Below, piece after piece: positions 8,802 through 19,132 of a stretch of DNA of 47,327 nucleotides. Numbering within the stretch: the first letter of the stretch is position 1; every line of letters begins with the position of its first letter. Position numbers and translations under genes: made by a program. Under the pieces are notes generated by a model. That model was not told the origin of the DNA. It made no database searches and saw only the letters and a list, made by a program, of their open reading frames with translations. The DNA is from Candidatus Bathyarchaeia archaeon (lineage in GTDB: Archaea; Thermoproteota; Bathyarchaeia; Bathyarchaeales; Bathycorpusculaceae), in contig JBEKGO010000018.1 of the NCBI GenBank assembly GCA_050012755.1, forward strand, positions 1 through 47,327, given 5' to 3'.

Positions 8802-9827
8802 ATGGCTCGATCTACCCCGCCGTGGAAAATCAAACGTGAAATGTTGAGGAAGGCAGAGGACACTACTGACCCCAAATATGGACATCGACCCTCTGAAAGA
8901 CCAGCAAAAGAATACATTCAATACGGGACAATAAATTTGGACAAGCCTGCTGGTCCAACGAGCCACGAAGTTGCGGCGTGGGTAAAGAAAATCATGCACG
9001 TCAGTGCCATCGGGCATGGAGGAACCTTAGATCCGAAAGTTACAGGTGTTTTGCCCATCACCTTAGAGGATTCAACCAAGGTTGTTCAGGCGTTTCTTTA
9101 CAGCGGCAAAGAATACGTTTGTGTTATGAAGCTTCACGCAGATAGCAACGAAGATGAAATTAAGAGGGTTTTAAGCGAGTTTGAGGATGAAATTTATCAG
9201 CGTCCCCCCTTGCGTTCTTCAGTTAAGCGGCAGCTAAGAACTCGACGCATTTACTACATCGATTACTTGGAATACAGTGGGCGCAATGTTCTTTTCAAAG
9301 TCGGCTGTGAAGCAGGAACGTACATACGCAAACTATGCTTTGACATAGGCGAAATCTTAGGCGTCGGCGCACACATGCAAGAACTCCGCAGAACACGGTC
9401 AGGATCATTCACTGAAAATAGCGCTACAAAAGTCACTCTGCATGATGTAGCTTATTGGTTTGGCGAGTGGGAACAGAAAAAGGATGAAGCAATCCTGCAC
9501 AAGTTTATTGTTCCTATGGAGGAAGCGTTGGTTTTGTTGCCGAAAATTGTTGTTCGGGATTCAGCGGTTGACGCGTTATGCCATGGAGCAAACTTGACTG
9601 CTCCTGGTGTGTGTCAGGTTGAAAGCGGTTTTGAGAAGGGTTCGATTTTAGCGATTTTCACGTTGAAGGGCGAAGCGGTGGCCTTAGGAAAAGCGTTGGC
9701 GTCGACTCAGGAAATTATGGAGTTGAAGCACGGAGTTGTGGCTGGTTTGGAGAGAGTTCTGATGCCAAGGGGTACTTATCCGAGGGTTTGGAAAAGCGGT
9801 AAGGCAAATGAACCAGGACAACAATAG
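8802..9827 (+). CDS. cbf5: H/ACA pseudouridine synthase Cbf5
   Basis: LDKPAGPTSHEV, GHGGTLDPKVTG, CEAGTYIR and a C-terminal PUA domain; follows rpl14e. Confidence 0.97.
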   Translation: MARSTPPWKIKREMLRKAEDTTDPKYGHRPSERPAKEYIQYGTINLDKPAGPTSHEVAAWVKKIMHVSAIGHGGTLDPKVTGVLPITLEDSTKVVQAFLYSGKEYVCVMKLHADSNEDEIKRVLSEFEDEIYQRPPLRSSVKRQLRTRRIYYIDYLEYSGRNVLFKVGCEAGTYIRKLCFDIGEILGVGAHMQELRRTRSGSFTENSATKVTLHDVAYWFGEWEQKKDEAILHKFIVPMEEALVLLPKIVVRDSAVDALCHGANLTAPGVCQVESGFEKGSILAIFTLKGEAVALGKALASTQEIMELKHGVVAGLERVLMPRGTYPRVWKSGKANEPGQQ

Positions 9828-10467
9828 CACTGAGCATTATTTTGCGGCTGAGCCAAAGTCTAAAGAGAGGTTCGGTTTAATTCGAACAAGCCTCTGCCGT
9901 AGAAATTTCGAGTTTTTGACTGCGTCAAGCGTTTTTTCGAAGAGGCGGATTGATTTGGGCACGAGATTGCTGATCGAATCGATGATTTTGCCGAAAACTG
10001 GATGCATCTTAGACATCGGCTGTGGATATGGTGCTGTTGGCATAGTTGCAGCCGCATTAAACCCGAAGCTTCGCGTGATCATGACAGATGTGAACGTAAG
10101 AGCCGTGCGCCTAACAAGAAAAAATCTACCGTTAAACAAGATAACCAATGCTGAAGTGCGTTATGGCCATTTTTATGAGCCAGTTGAAGATTTGAGGTTT
10201 GAATGTATTCTTTCTAATCCACCTGTCAGTGCAGGCATGGAAACTGTAAAAGCAATAGTGACCCAAGCCCCAAAAGTTATGGCGGACAAAGCCACTTTCC
10301 AAATGGTCATTCGATCCAAAATCGGGGCAAAAGCGTTACCTGCCCTTTTCAGCGAAACCTTTGGGAACTGCTCAATTCTCGATAGGGAGAGCGGATTTCG
10401 GGTTCTCTTAGGGCAGTATGCATTTCTGGCTAGGGACAGGATAACAACTTGGAAAAAGAAGCCCTAA
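9808..10467 (+). CDS. RsmC-like class I SAM-dependent methyltransferase
   Basis: VFS..RIDLGT, LDIGCGYG and SNPP motifs. Confidence 0.88.
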   Translation: MNQDNNSTEHYFAAEPKSKERFGLIRTSLCRRNFEFLTASSVFSKRRIDLGTRLLIESMILPKTGCILDIGCGYGAVGIVAAALNPKLRVIMTDVNVRAVRLTRKNLPLNKITNAEVRYGHFYEPVEDLRFECILSNPPVSAGMETVKAIVTQAPKVMADKATFQMVIRSKIGAKALPALFSETFGNCSILDRESGFRVLLGQYAFLARDRITTWKKKP

Positions 10468-10679
10468 GAAAAAGAGAAAAAGTCCAAAAGTACTTCTGGA
10501 ATATAGTTGGCTCTGCTGATCACATTAATTTGCCCAAACTGGAAGACGCATTAAAGAAAGAGTTCAACACGACCGATGACAGATGCATTCAAACGCAAAT
10601 CAAACTGATGCAGACAGAGGCAAGAATAAGAATACAGAACAAAGTAAAAGTGTGGATTAAACAGCCAAACGCAATTTAA
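10449..10679 (+). CDS. Small hypothetical protein (possible winged helix)
   Basis: 76 aa, overlaps the upstream stop, SD-like GGGACAGG before TTG. Confidence 0.55.
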   Translation: MEKEALRKREKVQKYFWNIVGSADHINLPKLEDALKKEFNTTDDRCIQTQIKLMQTEARIRIQNKVKVWIKQPNAI

Positions 10680-10749
10680 TAAAGTGTTTTTCTTCGCTGA
10701 TTAAGTTTGGCGTAGATTTCGTTTCTTGCGACCGATTGTTCACTCTTTC

Positions 10750-11373
10750 TTACATGACAGCTGTTTGCAGCACGGTTGCAGTTCCATTTTTTCCAAGGCG
10801 CAGTTGTCTTTCACCTTTGAATGTGGAAACTGAAGCGTTCTTGATCTGTACTGTGTCGCCGACGCTAAAGAGTTCTGCTTGTTCATTCCAAAGACAAAGC
10901 TTAACTTTTCCTGTTTCATCCTCTATCCAAGCATTAGTTACTTTTGCGCTGTTTCCATACCTTGTTTGAACTGTTGAGGGTGTCGGAATCTCGAGAACTT
11001 TGGCTTCCAGATTAACTTTTTTCATTCCATGCCGCAGATCTTGAACTAACACTGATGCTTTAGGCGAGAAACTTTGCCTATTCATTTGTTTGCGTACTTT
11101 GTCCGTGTCCATCCAATGCTCGAAACAAATGTCTTTTTTCTGGAGAAGCTCTTCTTCAACACGAAACTGCAATACAATTTTGCCGTCTTTGGTAATTAGA
11201 AATATGGCTTCATTCTTTATGCTGCATCGGTATTCAACCAGTAAACTTTGGCATTTGACTTTCCCTTTTTCTCTGGCTGCAACCATAGCTTCGTAAAGTT
11301 CTGCAAGGTATATCCCTTGTTTTACTGACAGGAAAGCAAGATGCTCCATTATCGTTGGCTTTTTTTGATTCAA
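10750..11373 (-). CDS. OB-fold ssDNA-binding (SSB/RPA-like) protein with N-terminal extra domain
   Basis: C-terminal DLRHGMKKVNLEAKV...IEDETGKVKLCLWNEQA...GDTVQIKNA...FKGERQL is a typical archaeal SSB OB fold. Confidence 0.85.
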   Translation of the reverse strand: MNQKKPTIMEHLAFLSVKQGIYLAELYEAMVAAREKGKVKCQSLLVEYRCSIKNEAIFLITKDGKIVLQFRVEEELLQKKDICFEHWMDTDKVRKQMNRQSFSPKASVLVQDLRHGMKKVNLEAKVLEIPTPSTVQTRYGNSAKVTNAWIEDETGKVKLCLWNEQAELFSVGDTVQIKNASVSTFKGERQLRLGKNGTATVLQTAVM

Positions 11374-11699
11374 ATATTCCCCTCATGAAGTTGTATGCCA
11401 GAAATTGTCTTGAAAAAGTCTGTTCTTAGCTCAGGTTGTACTCTTTCTTGAATTATCCCGACAATCATCAACTAATGTAATGTTTACTATATAGGCTAGT
11501 CACCCAAAGAAACCTATTTGCTCCATGCGTTTCTGTTCAGCAAGGAAATTGGGATAAAGTTGACGAGATAAATTGAGTGTATTCTGCTTTGCTCCCACAC
11601 GAACCCTTAAGAGTGCTCATGCTCATATAGTAAGTAACCAAGTTTGGAATCACCTGTCCAATATTTTTTTGGGTAAAGTGAGCGACTAAATTTGGATGG

Positions 11700-11963
11700 G
11701 TGAGCAAAAAATTGAAGATATTTGAGGCCATGGTCTTTAAAAGAGAAATTGGATCAAGCATCAGCTTAGATGTGAAGATGCTTGATACTGTAAATGATGG
11801 ATTTGTTTTAAGCATTGATCAAAACTTGGTCAACAACAACGATCTTTCTTTTATAACAGATTTTGTAAATCAACATAAACTAAGTCTGTTACTGGAAAGC
11901 GAACGTTATTTTATTTCTACAAATGCACTGACTCCATCCAGTCAATACTTTTGGGAAACCTAG
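11700..11963 (+). CDS. Small hypothetical protein
   Basis: 87-aa ORF, GTG start, protein-like composition. Confidence 0.55.
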   Translation: MSKKLKIFEAMVFKREIGSSISLDVKMLDTVNDGFVLSIDQNLVNNNDLSFITDFVNQHKLSLLLESERYFISTNALTPSSQYFWET

Positions 11964-12277
11964 AAAAAATTAAGACAAAAAAACTAAATTTCTGAGTCTT
12001 GTGGGCAAATACACTCTGTTTATACTCGTAATCTGTGTGAGAAGGAATAGTTTTACCCAAATTTGCTAGGCCTCCGCAAGCCTGTTTCCTTCTTCGTAAG
12101 CAATCACTTGAGGCTCAAACACATCGTTTAAACTGCTTAAAAATCAATTGAATGAACTTTGTTCGGAACAATGGAGAGAGGGTGAAAATGAAAGTTTTGT
12201 TTCCATTTTCCCAGGGTTGGTTCATCTTGTTTTTGGATTGCCGTAGTTTTTTCTTGTTGCTTCACAAGTTTTTTTGC

Positions 12278-15200
12278 TTATTGGGCAATTCGATAGTTTT
12301 CTTGGCCGTTTTTGTTTAATTTTGGAATGGTTATGGTGAATTTGGCTCCTTTGCCGGGTTCACCGGTCTCTTCAATTTCCCAGCCGTAAACTTCCATCAT
12401 CTTTTTAGTCAAGAATAGCCCAAAGCCTGTGCTACCGCCTGCGCTAAAACCTTCCTTGAATAGACTCGGTTTATTTTCAAAAGACACACCAACGCCGTCA
12501 TCCTCATAAACCAGTTTTAGGTCATCTTGATCGACCATTTCGTAGTGGACTTTTATGGTTGTGGTTTTTTTGCCGTATTTTCGGGTGTTGTCAATGAAAT
12601 TGTAGAATAGTTCTCTAAGCAGTGAATCTGCCAACACGGTCAAACCGTGGCATTCATTATTTATCTTTGGGAGTGGACCGGAAAAAAGAGAGTATGCCTC
12701 TTTTATTGTGGTCTCCACGCTGATGTATGTTAGTTCTTCAATTCCGAGTTGTTCATACATTTTAGCGAAGTCAAAAATCTCAGCTGAATCTGAAACTGCC
12801 TGCTCCATCCTACTAAGTCCATCCACGATGTCTTTCTGCTCGCCATATTTCTTCTTAAGCAAATATGCAAAGCCAGCAACTGCTGAAAGCTTGTTACGAA
12901 CATCATGCCTACATAAACTGCCCACTACGCGCAACTTTTCATTAAGGAGCTCAGCCTTATCCAGCGCTTTACTCAACTCGTCATGAACAGTAATAATATC
13001 AGAAATATCCTTGTAAAGCATGACAGAGCCAATTACTTTTTCATTTACAATGACTGGCCCTCCAGACATCATCAATGGAATGTTAGATCCGTCTTTCCTT
13101 CTTCGAGCAGTGACGATTTCTACAGAGCCTAACATAAGTTTCTGCCGCAGAATTCTTGATTCTTCCTTTGAATCGTCAGGTACTATAATTTCGGTGATAA
13201 TTTTATCCTTAAGCTCGTCGAGTGAATATCCAAAAAGTCCGGTGAATCGAGGATTTACCTCAATCACTCGAAAATCGGTATCTAAGAATACTGCGGCATC
13301 AGGATTCGCAGAAAACAAAGCTTTGAACTTCTGTTGACTCTCATGCAAAGCCACTTCAGTTTTCTTCCTTTCCGTAGTGTCTCTGGCTATCGCTACAAAA
13401 TACTGATTGCCACTAAGTCTTAGCGCAGTTATAGAGAGCTCCATTGAAAATTCTGATCCATCTTTTCTCAAAGCAGGAAATTCCCAAATTTCGCCAGAAG
13501 TACTCTTGTTTTCTGCTTTAGCAAGTTTTGCGGTGAGGCAAAGGTGGTCCTTGCGAGAGCGAGGAGGAACAAGGGTCGCGTTCACTTTTTCGCCGATTAT
13601 TTCTTTTTCTGTGTAACCAAAAATTCGTTCGGCAGCAGGATTCCAATATGCAATTTTGTCTTCGTCATCATACATGAATATGGCGTCGACCGTGGAATCA
13701 CTTATAGCTCTAAACTTTGCCTCATTAGCCTGCAACTCTTGCTGCATGCGTTTCCTTTCAGCTATATCTACAACAAATTCCAACGCCGCATTGACGTTTC
13801 CATCTTTATCCTTAAGCGGCGTGGCGATAAGCTCAACATAATAAGGCTTGCCATTAATGCCAATCTGGGTATATTCATGGGAATCTCTCTCTACTCCCTC
13901 TTCGAAGACTTTTCTAACACCACAGTCTGGGCAAATGTGGTCCAAAGTGTTAAGCGAAGAATAGCACTGCCTTCCCTCTACGTTGCCAACATTATTCTTT
14001 ATGAATCTGTTCACCCATAGCACGCGATAGTCTTTGCTGATAATACCAAGACCCGCGCCAAGGTTCTCCGTAATTGCTTCAAGCATATCCTGACCTTGCC
14101 TAAGAGACTCTTCTGTTTTTTGGCGTTCAGTAGCGTCTCTAATTATTAGGTTATTTTTGTTGCCCTCAGAGTCCGTAAAGACGCCTGAGGAGACTTCTCC
14201 AATAAAAGTTGACCCGTTCTTTCGTCTAAATCTAAGATCAGCCCTCATACGGCCTGTCCGTTCTCGTTCTTGCAAGGCAGCTGTCAACTTTTGGTTCTCG
14301 ATGACTATTCCTTTTCGCCCAGCTTTCCTAAGCTCCTCCTCAGTCATTCCTAACATGTTACAAGCCGCAGGGTTTGCAGAGATAATAGATCCATCAGGCT
14401 TTGTTACCATCACTCCGTCGGCACTATTCTCGAATAAGCTGCGGTAACGCTCTTCGCTTTGCCTTAAAGCTCCTTCTGCCTTCTTGCGTTCGTTAATATC
14501 TAAGAACATGCCCTGTACAGCTGGTTGCCCCTCGTATTCAACTCGACTTGAGAGTGCGTTCAACCAGATTGTCGAGCCATCTTTTCGCACCGCACGAAAC
14601 TCAAGGGAAGACTCCGTTTGTTCGCCTCGGAAGCGGTTTTCCAGTCTCTTGAAAAAAACAGCCCTGTCCTCACGATACACTAAACCTCTAATTCCTTCGA
14701 GTGGAAGTGACATTAGCTCTTGAGAGGAATACCCCAAGATTTTTCCCATGATGTCGTTGGCAAAAACCAGTCTGAGCGGATCTGCCAGTACAACCAGTAT
14801 TCCCTGAAGTGATTTCTCAACCAGCATGCGATACTTTGACTCTGACACAGCAAGCAGTTTTCTTGATTTCCTTCGTTCAACAGTCTTGTTTATGGCATCT
14901 GCCAGTTCGCAGTAAACCGTTTCTGGTGAACCGTTTTTGTTAAGATAGCGGTCTACACCTAGGTTCAAAGCTTTAACTGCAACGTCTTCTCTGCCTTTTC
15001 CAGTAAACAATATAAATGGAATTTCGTTCTTTTGTTCTCTAAGTAGCTGAAGAAATTCTAACCCATTCTTGATGGGCATTTCATAATCTGAAACCACAAC
15101 ATCATAAATTTTATTTGCCAACTTCTCGAAAGCTTCATCAACACAACAAACACTGTCAATCTCGAAGTTGCCCACATCCATTAAAATCTGTTTTGAAATC

Positions 15201-15364
15201 TCCAGGATAGAAGGATCGTCGTCAACATGAAGAAGTCTAATTACATTGTGCCTATCTTTGCTTGAAGGCGCCAAATCTGTTGTCTCTACAACTATGGCAT
15301 TCTCATTGAGGTGTTGGATTAGCCATGCCCCAAAGTGAATACTTAATATTTGATTATAAGTCAT
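12278..15364 (-). CDS. Hybrid sensor kinase: REC-5xPAS-HisKA-HATPase (true start probably downstream of 15364)
   Basis: Receiver domain, five PAS/PAC units, RHDVRNKL, NFIDNT, DDGVG and GFGL; paralog of 5858-7768. Confidence 0.9.
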   Translation of the reverse strand: MTYNQILSIHFGAWLIQHLNENAIVVETTDLAPSSKDRHNVIRLLHVDDDPSILEISKQILMDVGNFEIDSVCCVDEAFEKLANKIYDVVVSDYEMPIKNGLEFLQLLREQKNEIPFILFTGKGREDVAVKALNLGVDRYLNKNGSPETVYCELADAINKTVERRKSRKLLAVSESKYRMLVEKSLQGILVVLADPLRLVFANDIMGKILGYSSQELMSLPLEGIRGLVYREDRAVFFKRLENRFRGEQTESSLEFRAVRKDGSTIWLNALSSRVEYEGQPAVQGMFLDINERKKAEGALRQSEERYRSLFENSADGVMVTKPDGSIISANPAACNMLGMTEEELRKAGRKGIVIENQKLTAALQERERTGRMRADLRFRRKNGSTFIGEVSSGVFTDSEGNKNNLIIRDATERQKTEESLRQGQDMLEAITENLGAGLGIISKDYRVLWVNRFIKNNVGNVEGRQCYSSLNTLDHICPDCGVRKVFEEGVERDSHEYTQIGINGKPYYVELIATPLKDKDGNVNAALEFVVDIAERKRMQQELQANEAKFRAISDSTVDAIFMYDDEDKIAYWNPAAERIFGYTEKEIIGEKVNATLVPPRSRKDHLCLTAKLAKAENKSTSGEIWEFPALRKDGSEFSMELSITALRLSGNQYFVAIARDTTERKKTEVALHESQQKFKALFSANPDAAVFLDTDFRVIEVNPRFTGLFGYSLDELKDKIITEIIVPDDSKEESRILRQKLMLGSVEIVTARRRKDGSNIPLMMSGGPVIVNEKVIGSVMLYKDISDIITVHDELSKALDKAELLNEKLRVVGSLCRHDVRNKLSAVAGFAYLLKKKYGEQKDIVDGLSRMEQAVSDSAEIFDFAKMYEQLGIEELTYISVETTIKEAYSLFSGPLPKINNECHGLTVLADSLLRELFYNFIDNTRKYGKKTTTIKVHYEMVDQDDLKLVYEDDGVGVSFENKPSLFKEGFSAGGSTGFGLFLTKKMMEVYGWEIEETGEPGKGAKFTITIPKLNKNGQENYRIAQ

Positions 15365-15476
15365 TTATGAATTTGGAATACTGAATACGTTGACTTGGAA
15401 ATGTCTGCTCTGCAAGTTCGCCTGCATCCGACACTTCATTAACTCAGTAAAATTTAGGAAAAGAGGAAGAATTTGA

Positions 15477-15554
15477 TGGTGGGGCTGCCCGGATTTGAAC
15501 CGGAGTCTATAGAGCCCAAGTCTACAAGCCTAGACCAAGCTAGCCGACAGCCCC
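15477..15554 (-). tRNA. tRNA-Pro(TGG), no intron, CCA encoded
   Basis: GGGGCTG/CAGCCCC-ACCA; anticodon arm GTAGA-CTTGGGC-TCTAT; T-loop TTCAAAT. Confidence 0.93.
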
Positions 15555-15749
15555 AAAGTGTTGTAGGGAAAGATAATTTCCAATGCATCATAAAAACCTT
15601 AGCCACAGCGATTCATGATTGAAGCAAATGGTTTAATCTAATTGGGCTGCAGTAGAAGAATTAGGTTAGCAATTCTCGTTTCTTCATTAAAAAAATAGCA
15701 GGTGCGTTCATCTAGTCAGATAAGCTCGGAAAAGCTCCAAATAAGAAAT

Positions 15750-15788
15750 TGACGCCGGGAGGGGGATACTAGCACCAATTTACCAGTA
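15750..15788 (-). repeat. att-like repeat, distal copy: tRNA-Ser 3' end plus 21-nt non-tRNA arm
   Basis: 36/39 identical to 16893-16931; first 18 nt match 20227-20244 with one mismatch. Confidence 0.85.
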
Positions 15789-15971
15789 GATTAGAGCCTA
15801 TGTGAGCTTTTGGTAGAAAGAAAGCCAAGAGTATTCAGAAAGCGTTTTCCGATTTTGGGAACCATTGAAAGATCATAACCAGGTTAGGCGTCTATAGATA
15901 TCTGATATCATATCAACAGAGGTCACAAGTGAATCTGCAAATTCTTTTTTTTCTGTTTCTTGAATGTAATG

Positions 15972-16008
15972 TTTATAAGTAATACGTGTGTATATACCAT
16001 GGATATAT
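15972..16008 (+). promoter_or_regulatory. TATA box plus imperfect palindromic operator of the TA operon
   Basis: TTTATAAG at 15972, then TATATACCATGGATATATA centred on CCATGG directly before ATG 16009. Confidence 0.5.
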
Positions 16009-16236
16009 ATGGAGCAGGTTAACGTAATTACTGTAAAAGTTCCAAGCGAATTGAAAAAAAAGATGAAGCAAGTCAAGGTGAACTGGAGCGAGTACATTCG
16101 CGAATGCGTTCAAAAGAAAATTGATGAACAAAGGTTGAGAGCTGCTTCAGAAAGGCTTGACGAGATTAGAAAACGTACCAAACCTACATCCACACAAGAA
16201 ATAGTGTCGTGGATACGAGAAGACAGGGAGAGATAA
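16009..16236 (+). CDS. vapB: Ribbon-helix-helix antitoxin (VapB-type)
   Basis: VITVKVPSELKKKMKQVKVNWSEYIRE...IVSWIREDRER; upstream of and overlapping a PIN gene. Confidence 0.85.
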   Translation: MEQVNVITVKVPSELKKKMKQVKVNWSEYIRECVQKKIDEQRLRAASERLDEIRKRTKPTSTQEIVSWIREDRER

Positions 16237-16676
16237 AACTTACGCCTTTGTACGTAGTAGACGCAAGTGTTGCCGCAAAATGGGTTTTGTCTGGAGAACC
16301 TTTCGAAAAAAACGCAATTATGCTTAAAGATGATTATCTATCGGGATTTGCTGAAATTTGTGCCCCATCTCTTATTGTGCTTGAAGTTGCTAATGCGTTG
16401 TGGAAAGCGATTAAACTTGGCAGAATCCTTGAAGAAGATGCCCACGAAGCTCTGAACACTCTTAACGATTTACGAATAACCCTTCACGAACTAAACTGGA
16501 CCGAGATATCTCGGGGATTAAATACAGCGAGTAAACTGGACTTGACTATTTACGACGCATCCTACCTTTTCCTTTCTGACAAGATGAAGGCTCAGGTAAT
16601 CACCGCGGACGATAAATTCTTCGAAAAAGCAAAGAAACACTTCAGGGTATTACACATTAAGGACTATATGAAATAG
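16209..16676 (+). CDS. vapC: PIN-domain toxin VapC (start may be TTG 16248)
   Basis: YVVDASVAAKW, LEVANALWK, LTIYDASY and ITAD acidic PIN residues. Confidence 0.9.
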   Translation: MDTRRQGEIKLTPLYVVDASVAAKWVLSGEPFEKNAIMLKDDYLSGFAEICAPSLIVLEVANALWKAIKLGRILEEDAHEALNTLNDLRITLHELNWTEISRGLNTASKLDLTIYDASYLFLSDKMKAQVITADDKFFEKAKKHFRVLHIKDYMK

Positions 16677-16892
16677 TTTGTTTTCAAGACAATATGGTTC
16701 TATTTCTGGCATCAATCAGTCTCGATTCCTTAGCATTCAGCATACATAAGCTGAAAAAAAACGTCCTGCGTTCAAAAAGTTCTAACCCGAGGCTTGTTGG
16801 AGAAAAAACTCCGGAATCAAGAAGCAATAAATAAGCCGTGAATTGTGCCCATTTAGTCATAATAGCCTCCAAAAAATACTTAACTGGCAAAA

Positions 16893-16931
16893 TGGCGCCG
16901 GGAGGGGGATACTAGCCCTAATTTACCAGTA
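16893..16931 (-). repeat. att-like repeat, proximal copy: tRNA-Ser 3' end plus 21-nt non-tRNA arm
   Basis: TGGCGCCGGGAGGGGGAT identical to 20227-20244, followed by ACTAGCCCTAATTTACCAGTA. Confidence 0.88.
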
Positions 16932-17093
16932 AAAAGATGTTGAAGGTGAGTCGGACCGGGTTTACCCCCAAACAGATGGGTTCGTAGCCAAGTCATAAAA
17001 GGCGAAAAAGAGCCATTGAAACTTACATTGAATTCAGTTAGTTATGCGGTTACCGTAAAAAAATGGTTAATTTTCGTCTGATCAGAATATTTG

Positions 17094-17337
17094 CTATTTC
17101 TTTTCTTCAGCTGTTTTTTCTATTTCTTCCTTTCCAAGGTTTATTCTTAATACTCCATCTTTACCCACTATTTCCAAGATAATTCCATCTGCGAACGTAG
17201 CCTGCATCAATCCACCTAACGAACCCTCTATCAAGACGCTATCCGGAGAACCATTACTTAAGTGCAGATTTTTTAGTTGAGCTTTGGATTTGAGCTCGAC
17301 TGAGAAGACGCGTTCCTCTTTTTTTATTTAGCATCAT
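17094..17337 (-). pseudogene. Frameshifted ~80-aa hypothetical gene (extra A in an A7 run near the start); absent from ORF track
   Basis: ATG ATG CTA AAT A7, then a long open frame EERVFSVELKSKAQLKNLHLSNGSPDSVLIEGSLGG...GVLRINLGKEEIEKTAEEKK*. Span is 244 nt = 3n+1. Confidence 0.7.
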
Positions 17338-17472
17338 TTTGCCTCTTCTATTTTATTCTTATGCAGCAAAGCAGAAATAATTTTATCGAAGAAAAGCACA
17401 TCAGTTGATACGTAATTTCAAATTAGATATTATTATTTCTTAAATCCCCCACCTTCCAAACGATTTTTTTAC

Positions 17473-18999
17473 TCATGGCTCGCTTGACCTCTTTGTCCTA
17501 TTCGGTAGTATGATTGCAGTAATTATAGCTGCTATGAAAAGGATTAAAGAACCTACAACGACTGCGGTGAAAACGCCATCCAAAAAGGCCTGTTTTGAAA
17601 GACCGATTATTACCTGAGCTGTACTTTCGGGAAGTTGAGCAACCGCAATTAGAGCGCTCTGGAGACTTTTTTGAATCAGGTCACTTATCTGTGTGGGTAA
17701 GATACTTATTATTGTCGAAACGTTAATTTTGCCCAGATAAGTTGAGTTTACGATGGAGCCTAAAACTGCCACGCCTAAAGCTGCGCCAATTTGCCGAGAG
17801 GTATCGTTCATTGCTGAACCGATACCCGCTCTACTTGCCGGGATAGAATTCATTATGGCGGAAGTAGCAGGGCTCACAATTAGACCCAGACCAACAGCTT
17901 GCAATAGGAAAGCCACTAATGTAATCAAATAAGATGTGCTGATTCCAGCGGTAATAGCAAAGAAGAGTAACCCACATCCAAGTGTTACAAGGCCGAATGT
18001 TACAGTAAGTTTGGTGCCAATTTTGGCGTCAACTCGAACAGAGAGCATAGTAAATATTAGGCTAAAAATACTCAAAGGTAACAGGCATAGCCCTGTTTCG
18101 AGCGCAGAATACCCCTGTATCGATTGGAAATATTGGCTTAAAAAGTACAAGGACCCCATCAAGGTAAAGGTGCTCAGTGTTAAAGCAATAATTGCGCCCG
18201 TAAATGACCTGCTCTTGAAGAAATATGTTGGTAATAGTTGATTTGAAGTTCTGCGTTCACACCAAAGATAAGCCGATAGAATTATAGCAGTAATAACAAA
18301 TGTTGCTAAAACGTTAGTACATAGCCAACCGTACTCGCCTGCATTAATAATGGCATAAACAAGTGTTACCAATGCAGCAGTAAAAAGGATGCTGTTTAAA
18401 ATGTTTGGTTTAGGACTATTTTTATCGCATGATTCAGGTAGAGAGAAGTGACTGCCGATTAAGCCGACTAGGACTATGGGTATGTTAAGATAGAAAATTG
18501 ATGACCACTCAAATTGGGCAAGTAGGGCACCTCCAATTATGGGCCCTACGCCTGCGCCTATGCTGAACATGCTTGCCCAAGCGGCGATGGCTTTCGTGCG
18601 TTCGTTTGGTTCTCGGAATATGTCGGTTATGATGGAGAGGGTGGAGGGCATCATTATGGCTGCGCCTAATCCTGTGACTATTCGAAAAATAATCAGAAGA
18701 TTAGCTGAGGTTGAAACAGCTGCAGCTAACGAGCCTATTCCAAAGATGAGTAATCCTGTTTGTAGCATGCGTTTGCGACCATAACGGTCGCCAACTAAAC
18801 CAAACACGATTTGTAGAGCGGCAACCATAAGTACATAACTATCAACTATCCACAGCAATTGAGTAGCCGTGGCGCCCAAGTTTCCAGATATGGCAGGCAA
18901 AGCCAAGTTTAGCACAGTGTCTGATACTGCTAGTATGAATATTGCGATGCAAAGAATTGTGAGGGCGATTTTGTTTTTGTTGTATTTTGGTTTTGACAT
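17473..18999 (-). CDS. MFS DHA2 (14-TM, EmrB/QacA-like) efflux transporter
   Basis: DTVLNLALPAI, WIVDSY, GDRYGRKR, GPIIGG and WSSIFYLNIP motifs. Confidence 0.92.
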   Translation of the reverse strand: MSKPKYNKNKIALTILCIAIFILAVSDTVLNLALPAISGNLGATATQLLWIVDSYVLMVAALQIVFGLVGDRYGRKRMLQTGLLIFGIGSLAAAVSTSANLLIIFRIVTGLGAAIMMPSTLSIITDIFREPNERTKAIAAWASMFSIGAGVGPIIGGALLAQFEWSSIFYLNIPIVLVGLIGSHFSLPESCDKNSPKPNILNSILFTAALVTLVYAIINAGEYGWLCTNVLATFVITAIILSAYLWCERRTSNQLLPTYFFKSRSFTGAIIALTLSTFTLMGSLYFLSQYFQSIQGYSALETGLCLLPLSIFSLIFTMLSVRVDAKIGTKLTVTFGLVTLGCGLLFFAITAGISTSYLITLVAFLLQAVGLGLIVSPATSAIMNSIPASRAGIGSAMNDTSRQIGAALGVAVLGSIVNSTYLGKINVSTIISILPTQISDLIQKSLQSALIAVAQLPESTAQVIIGLSKQAFLDGVFTAVVVGSLILFIAAIITAIILPNRTKRSSEP

Positions 19000-19132
19000 T
19001 TGAGGTCTATCTCTTAGCGGCTTAGTAGTTTGAATTGCTTAGTTATTAAAAAGGTATATAAAATTATACTATATATTTTTCTATACAATAAGGTAATAAG
19101 TATCAAGATTAGAATTAAGCGTAGAGAAAACA

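Noticed and set aside
12708-14723. Multiple plus-strand ORFs inside the large kinase, and similar shadow ORFs elsewhere
   Set aside because: Antisense shadows of clearly identified genes.
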